Below are positions 47,318 to 64,000 of a DNA stretch of 64,000 nt, piece after piece; within the stretch, counting starts at the first letter, position 1; each line of letters begins with the position of its first letter. The notes under the pieces were generated by a model. It searched no databases and was not told the DNA's origin. It worked only from the letters and a program-made list of their open reading frames with translations. The position numbers and the translations under genes are program-made. Source of the DNA: Takakia lepidozioides (lineage: Eukaryota; Plantae; Bryophyta); assembly GCA_030704615.1 (NCBI GenBank), contig CM060731.1, positions 34,968,001 through 35,032,000 on the forward strand, written 5' to 3'.

Positions 47318-47810
47318 TCAGACCTCAGGATCACACCATTTTTGGTTCCTCCACTCCTTCTGCCTCCGAATTTTCGAAGGATCCAGTGTGTACTCTTCCT
47401 TGGTGACTGGATACTCTATAGTGTATAAGTTTTCTTGAGCCGACTTGACACTCACCACCCCTCCCATCCACCACGCATCATTCAAAAAGGCTTCCACTTT
47501 AGCCCCAACTTCCCAACTGAATTTAAAATTGAATGGTGGAATGGGCCTTATATCACTCTGGTGCACATCTTCCTCCAGGAATAGCTTTGTTCCCTCATCC
47601 TTGAGAATACTCTCGTAACGCACCTTACAACATTCGTTATAAATGTTGTAGAACCTGATACTTGCGGTGAACCAAGCTCCTACGAAGCCCTCCTCGTGGC
47701 TGCCAACTTCTACCCTGGCACCCTCTCTGAAAATCATTCCGTTGATCGGGTAGGTGATGCTTGTCTCGTACTTGCGTACTTTCTTGGCAGGCTTGCTCCC
47801 CTCCGACGAT
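47318..47810 (-). CDS. Second tandem Agenet domain protein (start and possible extra exons uncertain)
   Basis: FREGARVEVGSHEEGFVGAWFTA..DIRPIPP..VEAFLNDAWWMG..IRRQKEWRNQKW. Confidence 0.8.
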
Positions 47811-48930
47811 GAGCTATCATAGCAAGCATCCCTACATATATCATCCAAGAAAAACCCTAGCTTAGATCGGCATTTCGTTCTGCAACTTGATTTAGAAAAA
47901 AGAAAAAAATGCATTGACCGTGCTCTTTGGCAGATTGTAACATTTTAGGTCCCTTGTACGTGTCTCTGATCAGAAGCAGTCAACTACTACGTCTAATTAA
48001 TAAAGCCGTCAAAGAGAGGGCAGTTCCAGAAGTTTAGTGCACCAACGACATGGCCAAGGCAGTGGTGGGGCGGGATTGAACCAAGAAACACTAAGGGGTC
48101 CAGCAGGATTAATAACAGGTTCTCTACTACGGGTATTCATTTATTCTAGGGTCATGGAAGCATTCCTCACACTCCACAAAAATCATTAAAATATATTTTG
48201 GCATCAATTTAATCCACCTCATTAATGGTCACTATGCATGTAGCCATGGACGGGTGAGCCTCAATTGGCCCACCTACTGTCCTCCAATTTTCAGATTGAA
48301 TGTGGGATTACCTATTGAAATTCAATGTTGGTTGCAGAATAGGGTTAGGGGTACGCACTTATTCTTCCTCGTATTCCTCATGGGTCTGATGGAATTGCTC
48401 CTCAATGCTCATATACCAGCTAACGCGACCTGCAGTGCATGATTTACCACCCACAGATTAGCTAACTTATGAAACTGGTGGTAGTGTAAATGTGTTCCAG
48501 GTGCTCTATTTGAACAAAATTAAGGTTTGAGAAAGTTACTCTTCAGAACCTGACACACAGGGAGCAGTTTCTAGCGACACATAAATCAAACTCACTCAAT
48601 CGCTAGAAACACATAAAGATTTTGTTATTGTTAACGTACTCCAAAATACCTACCAGACGCACATCATATAGCAGCACTGGCCCGGCTGGATGATCTAACA
48701 ATCAGCTAACAATCAACACCCGAATATAAGCACAGTGATGAATTGATCTTGAAAAACCTCTACACTACAGGGATCAGTCGATCATCATCAAGTGATCGTA
48801 CAAGGATCACGAAACTATCTGCAGCCTCACATCGAAAAGTACAGAACCCCAGAGGCAAGCTGGTCCAGAACTAGATCCACCACACTACAGGGTCAGTCGA
48901 TCACTGGTGTAATAGCGCTAGCGTCCATCA

Positions 48931-49140
48931 CCATCAACTGATCACAAAGAAGCTACACAAAACTATATGCAGAAGGCGATTACCATTAACTGATCTTCAA
49001 AGAAGCTGCATCTGCAAAACTGTCTGCAGAAGGCCCTTACCATCAACTGATCACAAAGAAGCTGCAAAAAATAATCTGCAGAAGCCAATTACTATCAACT
49101 GATCACAACGAAGACGCACAATACTATCTGCAGAAGCACT
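48931..49140. repeat. Minisatellite, ~52-57 bp unit x4
   Basis: ccatcaactgatcacaaagaagct...tgcagaag units start at 48931, 48983, 49040 and 49092. Related fragments at 48760-48910 and 49190-49275. Confidence 0.85.
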
Positions 49141-49974
49141 GCGGCAGCCAGCTCACTTAGCAAATTAGTGCAGAGCAATTACCTGAACTGATCTCAAAAG
49201 GAAGCACAAAAATGATCTCTGAAGAAGCACGGAGGCAGCCTCACATCGCAAAGTACCGCACCCCAGCGGCAAGGTCCATTAAGGCTGCAGATCAGAAACG
49301 GAGGGCAATGTCCCTCGAGCACATATGCACACAACTTATAGCCCGGCAGCCTTCTCTCTACGCGAGGTGATCGCAGCTGGTACTGCGGGGATGGCGGGAT
49401 GGATAATGCAGACCTTTCTTCATCCATTGCCGTTCATCGTGACCTCATGGATGCCACACATCATCCATCATTCAGCTGGATATATTTGTTTCTTAATTTC
49501 TTATTACTCCCTATCAATATCTCTTATCTTGTTTTTTTGTTTCTTAAAAGGGGCGTTCAATGAACCCTTTGAACGTCTCCATACTATTATTATTATTTGA
49601 GATTTCTGAGATCCCTCGGAGCGATTTGCCAAGTTTATACTTACTTGCCAGAATGGGCCATTAGTGGAATATCGATCGCAATCTCGAACCTATTTCGAGA
49701 CATGCCACACTGAGTTAGGAGTGACACGTCCTTCCGTGTGACTAGTTAGCCAATGTCAGACTTCGATAATCTCACCCTGATTTTTGTCACTCCGCTGTCT
49801 CCTGTCACTCCAATCTCAATAGTGTGACAATCTCAAGTGTTCAGAGGTGGGGAGGATTTGTCAAGCCCAAAACCAACAAATCGCACTGCTAGAGAGAGTT
49901 CTCAAGTATGGCTATTGTTATCCCTTGTTGTTTTGACGTAGACTAAATCCAAACGATCCAACTGAAGCATAATT

Positions 49975-50304
49975 TAAAAAAAAAATTAAAACCTGTTCTC
50001 AATTCAGGCCCTTGAGGAGGGGGAAAACTTAGATTAACCATTTAGCACACAAGAGGGAAACTCACCCTCAAACAAACCAGTCAGAAATAGACCCTAATAC
50101 CCACAGGACAAAGTAGCAGGATTTGAATCCTTCACCATCAGGGGTGACACACAGTGCATATATCCAAGTGAGTAGCAGGATTTGAATCCTTCACCATCAG
50201 GGGTGACACAGTGCATATATGCAAGTGAGTAGCAGGATTTGAATCCTTCACCATCAGGGGTGACACACAGTGGCAGTGCACTTATCCAACTGAACTACCG
50301 GCCG
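49975..50304 (-). mobile_element. tRNA-derived SINE with triplicated head
   Basis: A box gtagttcagttgg, three tandem 57-59 bp units each with B-box-like ggattcaaatcc; body shared with the 4551 SINE. Confidence 0.8.
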
Positions 50305-50806
50305 AAGGTATCGTTTTGCTGTGAGTAAACTGAGTGAACATGATGAGTCCAAATGATGCACACATGCAATTATGTGGTAAGTTGAGGTACTTCTGAGATG
50401 AAAATGGATGGATTTTGAGGGTCAGGTTCTTTCTCTCCAAGAGAGATTGTGGTTAGAGAGGTACAGCTTTCCTATGGAATTGTGGCACCCACTGTCCCTA
50501 TTATTTTGTCATATGGTGGTAGCCCTTCAGTTGGAGCCCACCCTTGCTTGTCTAACCAGAGTTAGATTGAGGGGGCGGTCGGATGGAAATTTCTAAAACG
50601 CATTTTATTGGCCATGGAAATTTTATTTTAAGTATTTATGCTTCATCATTTAGGTTAAGAGTTAACTAGCATCCACCCTGTGACAATGTGGTGAAGAGTT
50701 GCAATGAGACATGATTTCAAGAGATCGGAGAAAAAGAAAGACCAGAAGAACGCATGGCAGTCTGAAAACAAGCATGTGCTATCTGCAATGGTTGTGACGA
50801 ATCATG

Positions 50807-51877
50807 TCAAGCTTGGATTATTGCTCCAGCCCTGTACCATGGCTGATTATCTTGAAACAGATTGTGGCATACAACACCCTCCTCTCTAAGCTCAGTAGAG
50901 AGTCCTGCATTGGTCCCTGTCAATATAAACATCTGGTTGCCAAGGCCAAAGGCGCGGTGGGCATACGTATTCAAATCTTCATTTTCTGTCTGCCCTATTT
51001 TGCCTGCTTTCTGCCATTTCATCTCTTTGGTATTGAACTTTTCAAGAGATCCGGAGGCATTTAGATAGTAGAGAGCGTGATCGGTTGCTATCAGCTCTCC
51101 ATCATCAAGGTTAGAACTCATGGCTTCAATGACTTCCCAGGTGTTGCTCGCAGGATCGTACACTAGAACCGGGGATTCTTGCCTGCACATGACGAAGCCT
51201 CGGACGTAGAGCTTGCCCTGGAACACAACATCGCTCTCAATTGTGTGAAGTGCGATCGGCATACTTGCTCCACTTGACCATTCATTTCTCTCAAGATTGT
51301 AGATCTCCAAAGATTGCTCCACTTTGCCTGCATTGCTATAACCCCCTGCCAAATAGAGCTGCCCATTGATAGCACCACATGCAAAATGACATCTGGGAAT
51401 GCGGAGGCTCGCTCCTTGCGACCACTTGTTAGTGATTGTGTTGAAGATAGTAAACTGGTCATCACCGGCCTTGCAAAGAGATCCTCTACGACCGCCAACA
51501 ACAAGCAGGCACCCATCAATGGCACCAAATCTAAAGCCATCGAAGCCCGCGGCTCTCTGTGGCAACTCGGTGGAGTCCACCTTCCACAGCAACCGCTTTG
51601 ATCCCAAATCGTACATGCAAGACTGCGCAGAGGGGAGAAGGTCAGTGCCCATCACGAAGAGCCAGGAGTCGACTAAACCCAGCCGCTTACGCTCATTGTA
51701 GAATTCATTGCTACTCAACACTGAATTCCATTGGACGCAGACCGAGCGAAGATTTGCATGATACACTCTTGGCACTCTGAGCAGGCATAGCATGGCGACA
51801 TCATCCGGCAGGCCCGGGATGAGAGAAGCTCTTCCTGCTGTCGTCTCCACACTTCGCCTTCTGTTGTCTGGAACCAT
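50807..51877 (-). CDS. F-box/kelch-repeat protein, intronless
   Basis: LIPGLPDDVAMLCLLRVP F-box; kelch repeats (LLVVGG, PRCHFACGAINGQLYLAGG, EIYNLERNEW, VYDPASNTW). Confidence 0.92.
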   Translation of the reverse strand: MVPDNRRRSVETTAGRASLIPGLPDDVAMLCLLRVPRVYHANLRSVCVQWNSVLSSNEFYNERKRLGLVDSWLFVMGTDLLPSAQSCMYDLGSKRLLWKVDSTELPQRAAGFDGFRFGAIDGCLLVVGGRRGSLCKAGDDQFTIFNTITNKWSQGASLRIPRCHFACGAINGQLYLAGGYSNAGKVEQSLEIYNLERNEWSSGASMPIALHTIESDVVFQGKLYVRGFVMCRQESPVLVYDPASNTWEVIEAMSSNLDDGELIATDHALYYLNASGSLEKFNTKEMKWQKAGKIGQTENEDLNTYAHRAFGLGNQMFILTGTNAGLSTELREEGVVCHNLFQDNQPWYRAGAIIQA

Positions 51878-52049
51878 GTCTGCTTCAGTGCTCCTCTTAT
51901 CTCACTATTTCCCTTTATCCCGTCAAATGTACAACAAATGCCCAGCTAAATCCTCTCTTCACTCTCACCCAACCTGTACGCAAACTCCCCCAATTCTCTG
52001 CTCCCCACAACGACTCTCTCTCTATACTCAAATGAGGACCACCAACTTC

Positions 52050-52285
52050 CTCTCAAAGAAGAGAACTTATAACTACAAAACGCGCTTGCTCCTCTGAGCA
52101 ACCAAAATCGACTGAGTCTCTTGTCTCTTCTCCACTGATTGTCCACTTAAACAACAAACAGATCTCTGCCCCTCAAAGAAGAGGACTTCAACTACAAAAC
52201 ACGCTTGCTCCTCTGAGCAACCAAAATTGACTGAGTCTCTTGTCTCTTCTCCACTGATTCTCCACTTAACAAACAGATCTATGCC
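52050..52285. repeat. ~120-bp tandem duplication in the F-box/kelch 5' leader
   Basis: ctcaaagaagag..aactacaaaac.cgcttgctcctctgagcaaccaaaat.gactgagtctcttgtctcttctccactgatt occurs twice. Confidence 0.9.
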
Positions 52286-53173
52286 GCGCTTCCCTGATTC
52301 ACTGAACAGCAAGCAAGCTGTGATTTAAAGACAAGCAAGCATGTGGCCGGAGCATGAACTATAAGCTAGCGCCGCCCAGTGGTCCCCCAGAGCTGGCGAG
52401 CTGGCACGTTTCTCCTCAGGACAAGAGATGGCTGCTGACGAACTCTTCTGCACATCTCTCCCTTCTTCGTGTTTTCTCACACGAAGAAACGAAGCCTCTT
52501 CGTGTCGCCTCCCCATTCGCTGGATTTGTCCAACGACATTTTGAATAGGTATCGGCGACCTACCTGCTTATAGCCACGTGTCTAACATGCCATTCATTTT
52601 ATAATAATATATAAATATACATAATAGATGTTTATTTCAACCGTCTATCTCAAAAGTTCGACGGTTGAGATCATTTTATGCTGTAAGAACATCTGACTGC
52701 AGCGGATATTAAGAAATGGCAAGTGCCACGCGCTTCACGGACGCTCCTCGCCACGTGTGGGAAGCCTAACTGTTAGTCGGTGAAAGTAGCCAGGATACCG
52801 ACATGTGTCGCGCTAGCTGGAAATATCTGGAGATACAACATTCTCGCGGCCTTTGAGATGGATGAATAGACGTTCAGTCAAAGTCGTAGATGAAGTTAGG
52901 GTGCAGTCTTGGCGAGAAGACTGCACCGTACTGTATGTGGATGAGAATCCAATCCCGTGCCAAATCCACCGAATTTATCTCGACCGTCAATGGTTGATAT
53001 ATGATTTGAGCTCTTTCTACCCGTCAGATTCAATTAATTGGAGGGTTAGATCCTTATCAGATTTGGACGTTGAAAAGTGTGGTGAGGAAAGCAACGAGAA
53101 AGCAACGAGGGAAGCAACGAGAAGGTGGATTGATATTATGTGAGGATGAAGTAACCTCTTGTCAGTATACTTA

Positions 53174-53182
53174 TTAGGGTTT
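53174..53182 (-). promoter_or_regulatory. Telo-box upstream of ABCE1
   Basis: TTAGGGTTT; typical of plant translation-machinery genes. Confidence 0.5.
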
Positions 53183-53328
53183 TGGAAAGGAAGGGGGGGA
53201 GAGGAGAGAGAGGAGAGTGGAGACGAGGCGCGAAAGAGAGATTTTAGGGTGGCAGGTTTGGTGCGCAAGGGTTCGGGAGGCCGTCTCCCCTGTTTGTGTG
53301 AGAGGGAGGGAGAGAGGCGGCCGGCAAG

Positions 53329-58845
<5,517 letters not shown>

Positions 58846-61800
58846 GTATTGTAAGCACTTGCACTTTACTGGTGAGCTTTCAATGCAGGCATGGGAAGAC
58901 CGAATGTGATCCGTTCCGTGATGTTATTTATGCAAGCTACAGGGAGGGTCATTTTGATGCGCCCATGTCATTTGCTCTGATTCCCTTCATTTGAAAACAC
59001 TAGGAGTGCACATCCATGCTTCAGCCTTGAGCTCAACAACATTTGTGTTGTTTTTGCTAGATTTTTCCCCCGTCCAAATTGGCAGTAGTATTGAAGTTGT
59101 CTGACTGTACTGAACGTAGGCAGTGAGGCCCTACATGCAATGGGCCTCTCCAGGGGAGCCATATATGTGTGTGCACACCTTTTATTCTTCAATGTGGGGT
59201 TCAGGGTCATCTGAGAGAGGGAATGGTTTGAGCCATTTATTTAGTTTCCCATGAACATTCAGTGGGCAGGTTGAGAGCTCGGACTGCTGGCGAGGTGAAA
59301 GCATGCTGGATATGTTTGCTACGCAGCAGAGGGAGACGGGAGAGTACTTACAAGAACCTTTTTCGTAGAAATCTCAGTGGGAGAGAACCTTGTACGAGTG
59401 TAAAAAATATAGAACCATGTGTCGGATCAAATCAGGTCTTTTGATGTTCTGAGTAGATTGAAAGATGCCATTGGAAGGATTCTCACCATTGTTGCATCAA
59501 GCTGTAATAAATAGACCATTCAGGGTTTTGATGTCTATGATTGACACTAACTCTGCTGGTGAGAGGACAGAGTGAGAGAAAGCTCCTGGCAATAAACAGT
59601 GGCCATTAAATGTTGCAAAATAAGAGTTTTACCTGCGGCAAGGACCATAGTTTGAGGCTGAGATGAAAACCTCCTTGTTTCCAGTTTACGTGTGCCACAC
59701 TTTGAGCTAGTCATCAGATGTGGTTATAGTGGGCATGTAGACAAGCAGTCCAAAGGACTGGTGATAGTTTCATTCTTTGGTAGGAGGATTCAGTTTCTGA
59801 TGGGGTAGTACTGTATGCATACATGTTAAACTACGGAAGGTCTGTTGAGAAAAGGCATAGAGATTCTGTGCTGGCCCAATAGTCCCAGGCAGGTGGAATA
59901 CTGTGTCTAGCTGGAAGGGGGTGTAATACTCCTCTCATTGGCAATTTGTATTGGCAATTTGTATGATTCATAGTTGGAGAGGACCACTTGTTTTTTTGAT
60001 ACCTGCACTTCAGTTGAAAAGAGTGAGTGATGAGTGTACTGCAAAAGCAGGAGTAGAGTAGTTTTCACCATTCCTGGTGGAGTTTTTCAGGGGAATACTG
60101 ATGTACCATCATCATCACTCTCCCTCTAATGGTGTCAGGCACTCTTAAACAGTTGCTTCTTCATTTCTGGTAGTGTGGCTGATCCAACAGCCTTTCCATG
60201 TGCCCCAACCCTGACATCCTTAACAGTCTTTGGATGTCGGTAGAGAGAGGGGCTCTTATTTACGCCGGCTTTGACTATTTGGGTGGCGGCTTTTGCGGAC
60301 TGAAATGGTATGACTACCGCCTGAAGTCAGAGACTCCGATTGTTGTCTGGCAGCAAATCTGCGTCCAAAATCGTGACCCTGGAAAGTGTTGTATGGCCAC
60401 GCGTGTGTGAAAAGGATTGGAGCGCACCCCCCTTGGCGCCCTCATGCTCACAATCCCTGCAATCCAGTAATGTACAAATTTGTGGCAGGGGTTTGGATCG
60501 TGTCAAATCATGGTCAACAACGAGCCAATTTTTATTAGGGTTTCTTAGAGTGCTGGGAACATTAACTGCGACCCAGCCAGAGATCATGCAATGCTACATT
60601 GCACATTTTGGCCCAATGTTCTGGGCCCAGTGCTGCAAATTATTTGTTCCGTGTACCTTACTATTGTGACGTCGTTGGGACCGTTCATTATTTCCAATCT
60701 GGGAAATTTCCCATGTTCTGTTGTTGATGCCTTGCTGCAAACGTTATGGTGGCCATTATTGGCTTAAGGGGACGCTGTTGGCATTTCTTGTCTGGCCAGA
60801 GATGCACAGGAGTGTGGGGTCTGCTTTGTGCTACTGCTGGCCTACCGCTGATGCCTCCCACCCCACTCCTCCTTTTGGGCATGCGAAAGGTCACTTTGAA
60901 ATTGTTTCCTTTTCTATGGAACAATCCAACAGGTAACTTACCAGCACGTGAAGGTGACCGCGGAGCCACCAGTGCTGCAACATTCCCCAACTCGAAAATA
61001 TAAACAAGTAGCTTTATCATGCTCTTGAAAAACATATACAAAACCATAAATGCATTGAACACAATCATAAAGTCACCCGCAAGCCTAGAAACACAACATT
61101 TATCAAGCAATCATGCACCATCAATGTTGCCACAATCACGCATTATTTCATGTGAAAGCTGCCTCAATTTGTGTACACAAGCACCTTTCACTCTCATATA
61201 AAGAAAATATCATATATATTCCACCCACAACTTTCTCGCCGTGCTTTTTCTAACAATGGTGATTCAGTTTCTTTCTAATCACGCCGACACACTGCACACA
61301 TATGTCCAACTTGCATTAGTCTTCGTGTCACGCACAAGAACAAGACAAAACACGACAGAAGTTGACGTGTGTACTTGCAAGAATCTGCAAACAATTCCAG
61401 CAAATCTCACCATCTCCTTTACATCAGTGATAGACAGGACGCCTTGCGTTGATTGCAATGCACCATTCCTCATCATCTTCTTCTTCTTCTGTGCAGCTGC
61501 TTCTTGAGTGCTTCTTGAAATAGTAAAGGACGGGTTTGTTAGGAACCCACAAAATCTAAACCCGGTCGAGTTGTCTACTAGTACTACTTACTACCCTCAC
61601 AAGTTTATCTACCAGTCCAGCACTCCCCCAAGACAAGGACCATGCTCCCGTAATTACTATACACCCACTTTTAGCCCCTCCCACTTCGATTCTCTCCCCA
61701 AATGATAATTCTTCAACTTCCATGGCCACCACCACCACGATAACACTAGCATCCCAAGCTTTATGACATACTTAAACTGAATGATAGGAAATCACCCCGA

Positions 61801-63779
61801 AGCTGCAGCACGACATTCACCCCTTTGGAAATTGGAGGGGTAGGGTTCGTCGATACTGATTGGTGCATGGTCACGTCGAGGTGATCCGATCCAAAACAAT
61901 AAACCCTAAACTACTCCCGAGTAAAATAAGCAACCATGTTACTCACATTATTTATGTCGACCTACTAGTCCCTCTCCTGCATGGCGGGCATGCATTTGAA
62001 TACCCCATAAATATCGCACATAAAGAGTTCGAAATACAGAGTGTGGATGGATGGAAAATCGGGATGGATGACAAAACTGGTATGGAGACAGTACACAGTA
62101 CATACCTGCACTCACGTACCGAAGGATTCCAACAGCGCGTGCGAAGAAAACTGGGCGTGCCGGAAGGAGACGCTGGCACGTCGGACGGCGGTCATGGGGC
62201 CCGCCGGCGGGGGACAAGTGTGTGACCGTGGGGCCGCTATTTATCTCGTGTGTGTGACGCCCTGCGGACATTCATTATGGGATATTTCATTGGACTCGTT
62301 TGCGAGCATTATTACAGGCCCACATTGCGAGCATTATTGCGCGTTGCTTTCGAGGGACTACCTAGTCGCTCTCACTAACCACATTATTATTTATTCATCT
62401 GGCCGAGCAACTGGAAACAAAGGCGACTCCTCCGCAAGGAAGCGTAAATAATTATAGTGCGGAAGGATTACTAACTTTCGTTGGAAGGTGGGCATTTCGA
62501 ACCCTAGATCACCAAGGTTATGCAGCACAGGCAAACACCCTACCTGCGCAAGTGAAATTCCCTTTACAAAAATAAAAATAAAAATGTTCTATCCTTTTTC
62601 TTCCTCAAAGCAAACTGGATGTGCGGAAGCCGGGGATGCGGCAAGCAAACGGACAAATAAGATGCACCCGCGCAAAGGGTGTAAAAAGTCCACCATCCCT
62701 TGAATCTTCCCACCCAGTGAGGTAGCTGTAAGTAAATTGACACGGAGTCGCACCATACACGGCTCGTCGCACTCTCCGCGAATTCGAGCAGAAACTTCAG
62801 TTCAGAAACTTTCCTGGCGGTGGTCTGTATCCCCGCCGCCCCTCCGGGCTTTTGTTCGTATGATTTTTCCTTCAGTTACTGTTAGTGCAGAATATTTTCG
62901 CAATAAGAAGAGGTTGCGGTACCGTGGGCGAGGTTACTGTGAAAGAGGTTATTTTCTCCTCTCACTATCAAGGGGCCTGATTTGTGAGCTGTAGCCTGTC
63001 GCTCTTAGGTATTTCCCTAAAGTTTAAATGAAATAAATTGTTTTTAAAAGAAAAAAGGAGAGGAAAAGAGAACACTTGAGTAAAATGATCGGAGTCTGCC
63101 ATCCCATCTTAAGTGGCCATTTACTAGGGCAAATAATTGCATCTGCACAAATTAGAGCAATAATAAAACATCGGAAATATTCTGGCCGATCGTCAGGATG
63201 CTGTCGGTGGCTTTGGCAGAGCGTACCATGTGATACCTCATCATCACATTTTCCTGACCGTTGATCTTTCTTCATCTCATGGTTTGTGAGGTTATCCCTA
63301 TTACACCGTAGATCTTTTTTGATCTCACGGCCATTGTAAGGCAGTCATTTTGTACCGCAGGTACCCTCATCCATCGAGTGCTGTTCATCCATTGTGCCAA
63401 CTAACGGCGCTAACTAACTAACCCAGTACTGGCACTTTAAAAACTAGATTATTTTATTTTTGCAGATTGAGATTAATAAAAAACTCAGGCCTTCCAAAAA
63501 GAAGAAGAAAATAATAAATAATAAATAAATAGATATAAAGATTGGTAGTAATAGTGAACTAATGATATGTGGGCTGGAAATAGATATAGGCCTAGTTGAT
63601 ATGGGGGATGCTTCATCTTCTTTTTGCTACTACTTTTTATTCTCTGATGCTTTGAATCTTTCTTTTTTTGGGGGTTTCTTTTTATGCTCTCTAGTTCACA
63701 TTCCCTTTAAGAATAAAAAAAATAAAAAAATAAAGAAACAAGTTCACACTTATTAGATATATATTTCGATATTGGGCCT

Positions 63780-63855
63780 CCCCACCCTTCCGTGCTTGAA
63801 CCCAAGACACCATGACAAGTGTAGCGGGGACTTGGTTATCACTGAGTTGAGTTGT
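63780..63855 (-). mobile_element. Degenerate SINE head
   Basis: Minus strand aactcagtgat ... gggttcaagc, A/B-box-like spacing. Confidence 0.3.
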
Positions 63856-64000
63856 GTACACGTGTAAAGTCCAGACTGTCGTTGTTTGTTTTATTGTTAT
63901 TTACTTCTTTTTGTTATTTTTGTTATTCTGTTGTTGTAAGAGATCAAGAACACAAGGGCAGAATCAAGATGGTGCTACACAAGTATACAGGTAGGAAGGT

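Noticed and set aside
48931-49140. CRISPR-like array
   Set aside because: Whole units are homologous with no unique spacers, in a eukaryotic context; a minisatellite.
60257-62451. 10-bp inverted match ttatttacgc / gcgtaaataa as transposon TIRs
   Set aside because: The match does not extend and no TSD flanks it.

Overview
Eukaryotic, intron-rich land-plant nuclear DNA; the PLS-DYW PPR genes and repeat types suggest an early-diverging lineage, but the species cannot be determined. Housekeeping genes: a BRO1-domain protein, a Lys-rich plant-specific protein, uricase, 3-methylcrotonyl-CoA carboxylase alpha (MCCA), an F-box/kelch protein and ABCE1/RLI. Between them lie a DYW-PPR pseudogene broken by three nested DNA transposon insertions, an O-methyltransferase remnant, tRNA-derived SINEs, MITEs, two stand-alone tandem-Agenet genes and an inverted copy of the MCCA 5' end. 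The most unusual structure is a ~3.5-4 kb cassette present three times (1-3820 minus, 6000-9617 plus, ~29500-32561 plus). It reads: TATA, CAA-rich leader, 45-46 aa small ORF, conserved splice donor, ~2 kb intron region, divergent F-box ORF, convergent promoter-like end terminating in CTTCTAG. The F-box ORF is open only in copy 1 and is missed by the ORF track because it runs off the window. The small ORF is intact and frame-conserved in copies 1 and 3 even though the copy-3 F-box is destroyed. All alignments and translations were done by eye.
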